From Flavobacteriales bacterium (GTDB lineage: Bacteria > Bacteroidota > Bacteroidia > Flavobacteriales_F > PHOS-HE28), in NCBI GenBank assembly GCA_016705545.1, contig JADIYA010000006.1, positions 198,353-262,352 of the forward strand: a stretch of DNA of 64,000 nt. The letters are read 5' to 3'. The notes under the pieces are model-generated. The model ran no database searches and had not been told where the DNA came from. It saw only the letters and a program-made list of their open reading frames with translations. Positions 60,950 through 64,000 of the stretch are shown piece after piece. The position numbers and the translations under genes were made by a program. How positions within the stretch are numbered: position 1 is the first letter of the stretch; each line of letters starts with the position of its first letter.

Positions 60950-61603
60950 ATGAAGACCTTCACTTCGACAAGCGCATTGCTGTTAGCATTCGCGCTCCCT
61001 TGCTTAATCGCCTGTGGCGGCGCTGAGACGCCTGCATCGGCTGAACCCGCATCATCCGGAAACGAACCTGCCGCCGGCCAGAGCGCCGTGAAGGACGACC
61101 TTAGCCAGAAGAACGTGGTGCAGATCGCCGTGGCATCACCGGATCACACCACTTTGGTGAAAGCCGTGCTCCACGTCAAGTATGAGGATGTGCTCGTGAA
61201 CGCCGGGCCATTCACCGTGTTCGCGCCCACCGATGCCGCATTCAATGCGCTGCCGGCTGGTACGCTTGATGACCTCATGAAGCCGGAGAACAAGGCAGCC
61301 TTGCAGAACATCCTGGAATACCATGTGGCGGTTGGCGTGTTCGCACCGGACAAGATGGCCAACGGACGCAAGCTGAACATGGCTAACCTGGCCGATACGA
61401 AGTTCACGGTGGGTGAAGACGGAAGTGTAATGATCAACGATGCGAAGGTGCTGGGCACGGCGCCCGCTTCGAATGGCCTGGTAGTGGTGATTGACAAGGT
61501 GCTCTGCCACCGCAGTGAACGATGGGAAGTCGCTGGTCCTAGGCTTTGGTACGGGAACGGTGAAAGTCAGCAGGGGCGTCCGCTAGGGCGCCCTTGTTGT
61601 TGA
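60950..61603 (+). CDS. Fasciclin (FAS1) domain lipoprotein. The true stop is possibly ~61515 (apparent readthrough tail).
   Basis: MKTFTSTSALLLAFALPCLIACGG (lipobox). The FAS1 domain reads VVQIAVASPDHTTLVKAV...FTVFAPTDAAFNALPAGTLDDL...VVVIDKVL. The tail after VIDKVL (CHRSERWEV...) is atypical. A -1 frame gives VLLPPQ*, and a hairpin with a T-rich tract lies at 61563-61592 inside the extended ORF. Confidence 0.55.
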   Translation: MKTFTSTSALLLAFALPCLIACGGAETPASAEPASSGNEPAAGQSAVKDDLSQKNVVQIAVASPDHTTLVKAVLHVKYEDVLVNAGPFTVFAPTDAAFNALPAGTLDDLMKPENKAALQNILEYHVAVGVFAPDKMANGRKLNMANLADTKFTVGEDGSVMINDAKVLGTAPASNGLVVVIDKVLCHRSERWEVAGPRLWYGNGESQQGRPLGRPCC

Positions 61604-61868
61604 GGCCATTTTCCGACGAAGAGCCATTTATCAACATGAGCGGTGAAGACGGACTGAAATGACGCATGAAAGCCGCACCAATCTTGGTGGTTAAAATGGA
61701 TGCCGCACCAGATAACGCCTAAATGAATGCGCACATAGGAGAGTGTTGTTGCACGCGGACTTTTACCTTCGTTGATATCCTTGTTGATGACCGGATCGTG
61801 AATCTGATGGGCATCATGATCGAGGCTGAGGGCCGCCTAGAGTTTTGGCGTCCATTCATCACGAACAC

Positions 61869-64000
61869 ATGAGTACGCTGATTGCAACACCGCCCGCACC
61901 TGTCATGAGCCCCCCCGAGAAAAAGCGCCTCAGCAAGGACGAAGTGCTTGCCGAGGCGCTTGCTTACTTCAATGGCGATGAGCTTGCCGCAACGACCTGG
62001 ATGAACAAGTACGCGCTGCGGGATGCGGAGGGACACTTGCTGGAGCGCACCCCGGCCGATATGCATAGGCGCATGGCGCGTGAATTCGCCCGAATCGAAG
62101 CACGTTATGGTGAAGCATCGGCAACCAAGCGTGAGCTGCTCTCATCATACGGTCAGCAGCGGGCAGAACTCGATGAGGATCGCATCTTCAGATTATTCGA
62201 TGGCTTCAAGCAAGTGGTGCCGCAGGGCAGCGTGATGGCTTCGTTGGGCGATCCCTTCCGCTTGGCCTCACTGAGCAACTGCGTGGTGGTGCCTTCGCCA
62301 CTCGATAGCTACGGAGGCATCTTCCGCAACGATCAGCAGCTCGCGCAGCTCTTCAAGCGCCGGTGCGGAGTGGGGTTCGACCTGAGCACCCTGCGGCCCG
62401 AGGGCGCACATGTGAGCAACGCCGCGCGCACAAGCACTGGGGCCGTGAGCTTCATGGAGCGATTCAGCAACACCACACGCGAGGTGGCGCAGAAGGGACG
62501 GCGCGGCGCGCTGATGCTCACCATGGACATCGCGCATCCCGACGTGGAGAAGTTCATCACCATCAAGCAGGACCTCGCCAAGGTGACCGGCGCCAACCTG
62601 AGCGTGCGCGTGAGCGATGCGTTCCTGCGTGCCGTGGATGCCGATGCGGAATTCACGCTGCGCTGGCCGGTGGATACGGACGATCCGGTTATCACGCGCC
62701 AAGTGAAGGCGCGGGAGCTCTGGAACACGCTGATCACCTGCGCGCACCGCACGGCGGAACCCGGTGTGATCTTCTGGGACCGCCAGCATCATTACAGCAC
62801 CAGCAGCGTGTATCCCGGATACCGCAATGAGAGCACGAATCCCTGCAGCGAGATCGCGATGCAGGGCGGTGATAGCTGCAGGCTCATGGCCATCAACCTT
62901 TACAGCTTCGTGCATGGCCCCTTCACGGCGCGGGCTTGGTTCGATCATGATGCGTTCGCTCATGCGGCGTATGAAGGCCAGCGCTTGATGGATGACCTCG
63001 TGGACCTCGAACTCGAAGCCGTTGACCGCATCCTCGCGAAAGTGGAGTCCGACACCGAACCGGATGAAGTGAAGCGCGTGGAGAAGGAGACCTGGGAGCT
63101 GCTGCGCGATACCGGGCGCAAGGGCCGTCGCACTGGATTGGGCTTCACCGGACTCGCGGACGCGCTGGCAGCATTGAACCTGAAGTACGACAGCGAGGAG
63201 GCGCTATCAGCCGTGGAAGAGATCATGCGAACCAAGTGCCGCGCTGAGTTCGATAGCAGCATCGACATGGCCGTCGAGCGAGGTGCGTTCGAGGGCTTCG
63301 ATCCGGCGATCGAGCGCGTATCGGAATTCGTGAGCATGCTGGAACGCGAGCTTCCCGAGGTGCATGATCGCATGATGCGCTACGGCCGCCGCAACATCAG
63401 CCTCAGCACCGTGGCACCCACCGGCACGCTCAGCCTGCTCACCCGCACCAGCAGCGGCATCGAACCGGTGTACATGCTCGGCTACACGCGTCGCCGCAAG
63501 GTGATGCCGGGCGATCCCAAGGCCAAGGTGAGCTTCACCGATGCCCTCGGCGATCAATGGGAGGAATTCACCGTGCATCATCCACGGGTACTGGACTGGA
63601 TGAAGGCTGCCGGGAAGAGCGATGCCGAAGAGAGCCCGTATGCGGGCGCCACGGCCAACGACATCGACTGGCACAAGCGCGTGCGCATGCAGGCCATCGT
63701 GCAGAAGTACACCACGCATTCCATCAGCAGCACCATCAACCTGCCGAGCACCGCTACAGTGGACGAGGTGGGCGGCATCTACTTGGAGGCATGGCATCAA
63801 GGCTTGAAAGGCATCACGGTGTACCGCGATGGCAGCCGTAGCGGCGTGCTCGTTTCCACGGAGGCCAAGAAGGAGCATTCGCACCAGAAGGCGAAGCGCC
63901 CAGAGCGCCTGGAGGCAGATGTATTGCGCTTCAACAACGAAACCGAACCATGGATCGCGGTAGTTGGCCTGCTCGATGGACAACCTTATGAGATATTCAC
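61869..64000 (+). CDS. nrdJ: Adenosylcobalamin-dependent (class II) ribonucleotide reductase NrdJ. The 3' end is truncated by the window edge.
   Basis: Manual translation from the ATG at 61869: MSTLIATPPAPV...LAATTWMNKYALRDAEGHLLERTPADMHRRMAREFA...SNPCSEIAM...LSTVAPTGTLSLLT...STINLPSTATVDEVGGIYLEAWHQGLKGITVYRDGSR. These are class II RNR motifs. There is no stop inside the window, so it is absent from the ORF track. Confidence 0.75.
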   Translation, partial: MSTLIATPPAPVMSPPEKKRLSKDEVLAEALAYFNGDELAATTWMNKYALRDAEGHLLERTPADMHRRMAREFARIEARYGEASATKRELLSSYGQQRAELDEDRIFRLFDGFKQVVPQGSVMASLGDPFRLASLSNCVVVPSPLDSYGGIFRNDQQLAQLFKRRCGVGFDLSTLRPEGAHVSNAARTSTGAVSFMERFSNTTREVAQKGRRGALMLTMDIAHPDVEKFITIKQDLAKVTGANLSVRVSDAFLRAVDADAEFTLRWPVDTDDPVITRQVKARELWNTLITCAHRTAEPGVIFWDRQHHYSTSSVYPGYRNESTNPCSEIAMQGGDSCRLMAINLYSFVHGPFTARAWFDHDAFAHAAYEGQRLMDDLVDLELEAVDRILAKVESDTEPDEVKRVEKETWELLRDTGRKGRRTGLGFTGLADALAALNLKYDSEEALSAVEEIMRTKCRAEFDSSIDMAVERGAFEGFDPAIERVSEFVSMLERELPEVHDRMMRYGRRNISLSTVAPTGTLSLLTRTSSGIEPVYMLGYTRRRKVMPGDPKAKVSFTDALGDQWEEFTVHHPRVLDWMKAAGKSDAEESPYAGATANDIDWHKRVRMQAIVQKYTTHSISSTINLPSTATVDEVGGIYLEAWHQGLKGITVYRDGSRSGVLVSTEAKKEHSHQKAKRPERLEADVLRFNNETEPWIAVVGLLDGQPYEIF

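Noticed and set aside
61604-61868. Possible cobalamin riboswitch or NrdR box upstream of nrdJ
   Set aside because: I looked for the B12-box (GCCACTG-like) and NrdR palindromes and did not find convincing matches. The leader is left unannotated.

Overview
This is a GC-rich (~63-65%) chromosomal window from a T9SS-bearing Bacteroidota/Rhodothermota-like genome, judged from C-terminal sorting domains, a clade-II nos cluster and the gyrA-TPR linkage. No transposase, integrase, CRISPR array, rRNA or tRNA was recognised.

Housekeeping genes, by position:
- A partial pbpC transglycosylase runs off the 5' edge on the minus strand. It is absent from the ORF track because its stop lies outside the window.
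- clpC and gyrA are divergent, and gyrA is followed by a TPR protein.
- thrS-infC-rpmI-rplT form an operon on the minus strand.
- A class II (B12-dependent) ribonucleotide reductase runs off the 3' edge.

Accessory content, by position:
1. 10.5-16.9 kb: a tightly packed 13-gene minus-strand operon headed by an ArsR regulator. It encodes seven SRPBCC/Aha1-like paralogs, two DUF1801 proteins, a GyrI-like protein, a YdeI-like protein and DoxX. One SRPBCC is fused to a full rifampin ADP-ribosyltransferase (Arr) domain. This is the best candidate for an undescribed small-molecule/xenobiotic binding-inactivation system.
2. 17-22.2 kb: a GH92 mannosidase, a ROK kinase and a FucP-type MFS transporter.
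3. 25.8-26.2 kb: an orphan vsr gene.
4. 28.9-36.4 kb: two tandem ~1230-aa secreted paralogs with a PQQ-type sugar-dehydrogenase beta-propeller, PKD domains, a PA14 domain and a duplicated NDRDPIL C-terminal module.
5. 36.6-48.2 kb: a soluble PQQ sugar dehydrogenase, a T9SS-sorted Omp28-like protein, a PadR/PspC pair, an ExeM/NucH extracellular nuclease, an LPP20-like lipoprotein, a membrane-anchored SRPBCC-GyrI-like fusion and an enolase-superfamily epimerase/racemase.
6. 48.3-60.9 kb: a clade-II nitrous-oxide reductase locus (cytochrome c, nosZ, nosB, nosL, nosD, nosF, nosY). It is preceded by a copper-type P-type ATPase, DUF167, Crp/Fnr, an Rrf2 (NsrR-like) regulator and an NnrS-like membrane protein.

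Caveat: at least seven conserved genes carry apparent -1 frameshifts at short homopolymers. This pattern suggests uncorrected sequencing indels rather than real pseudogenes.
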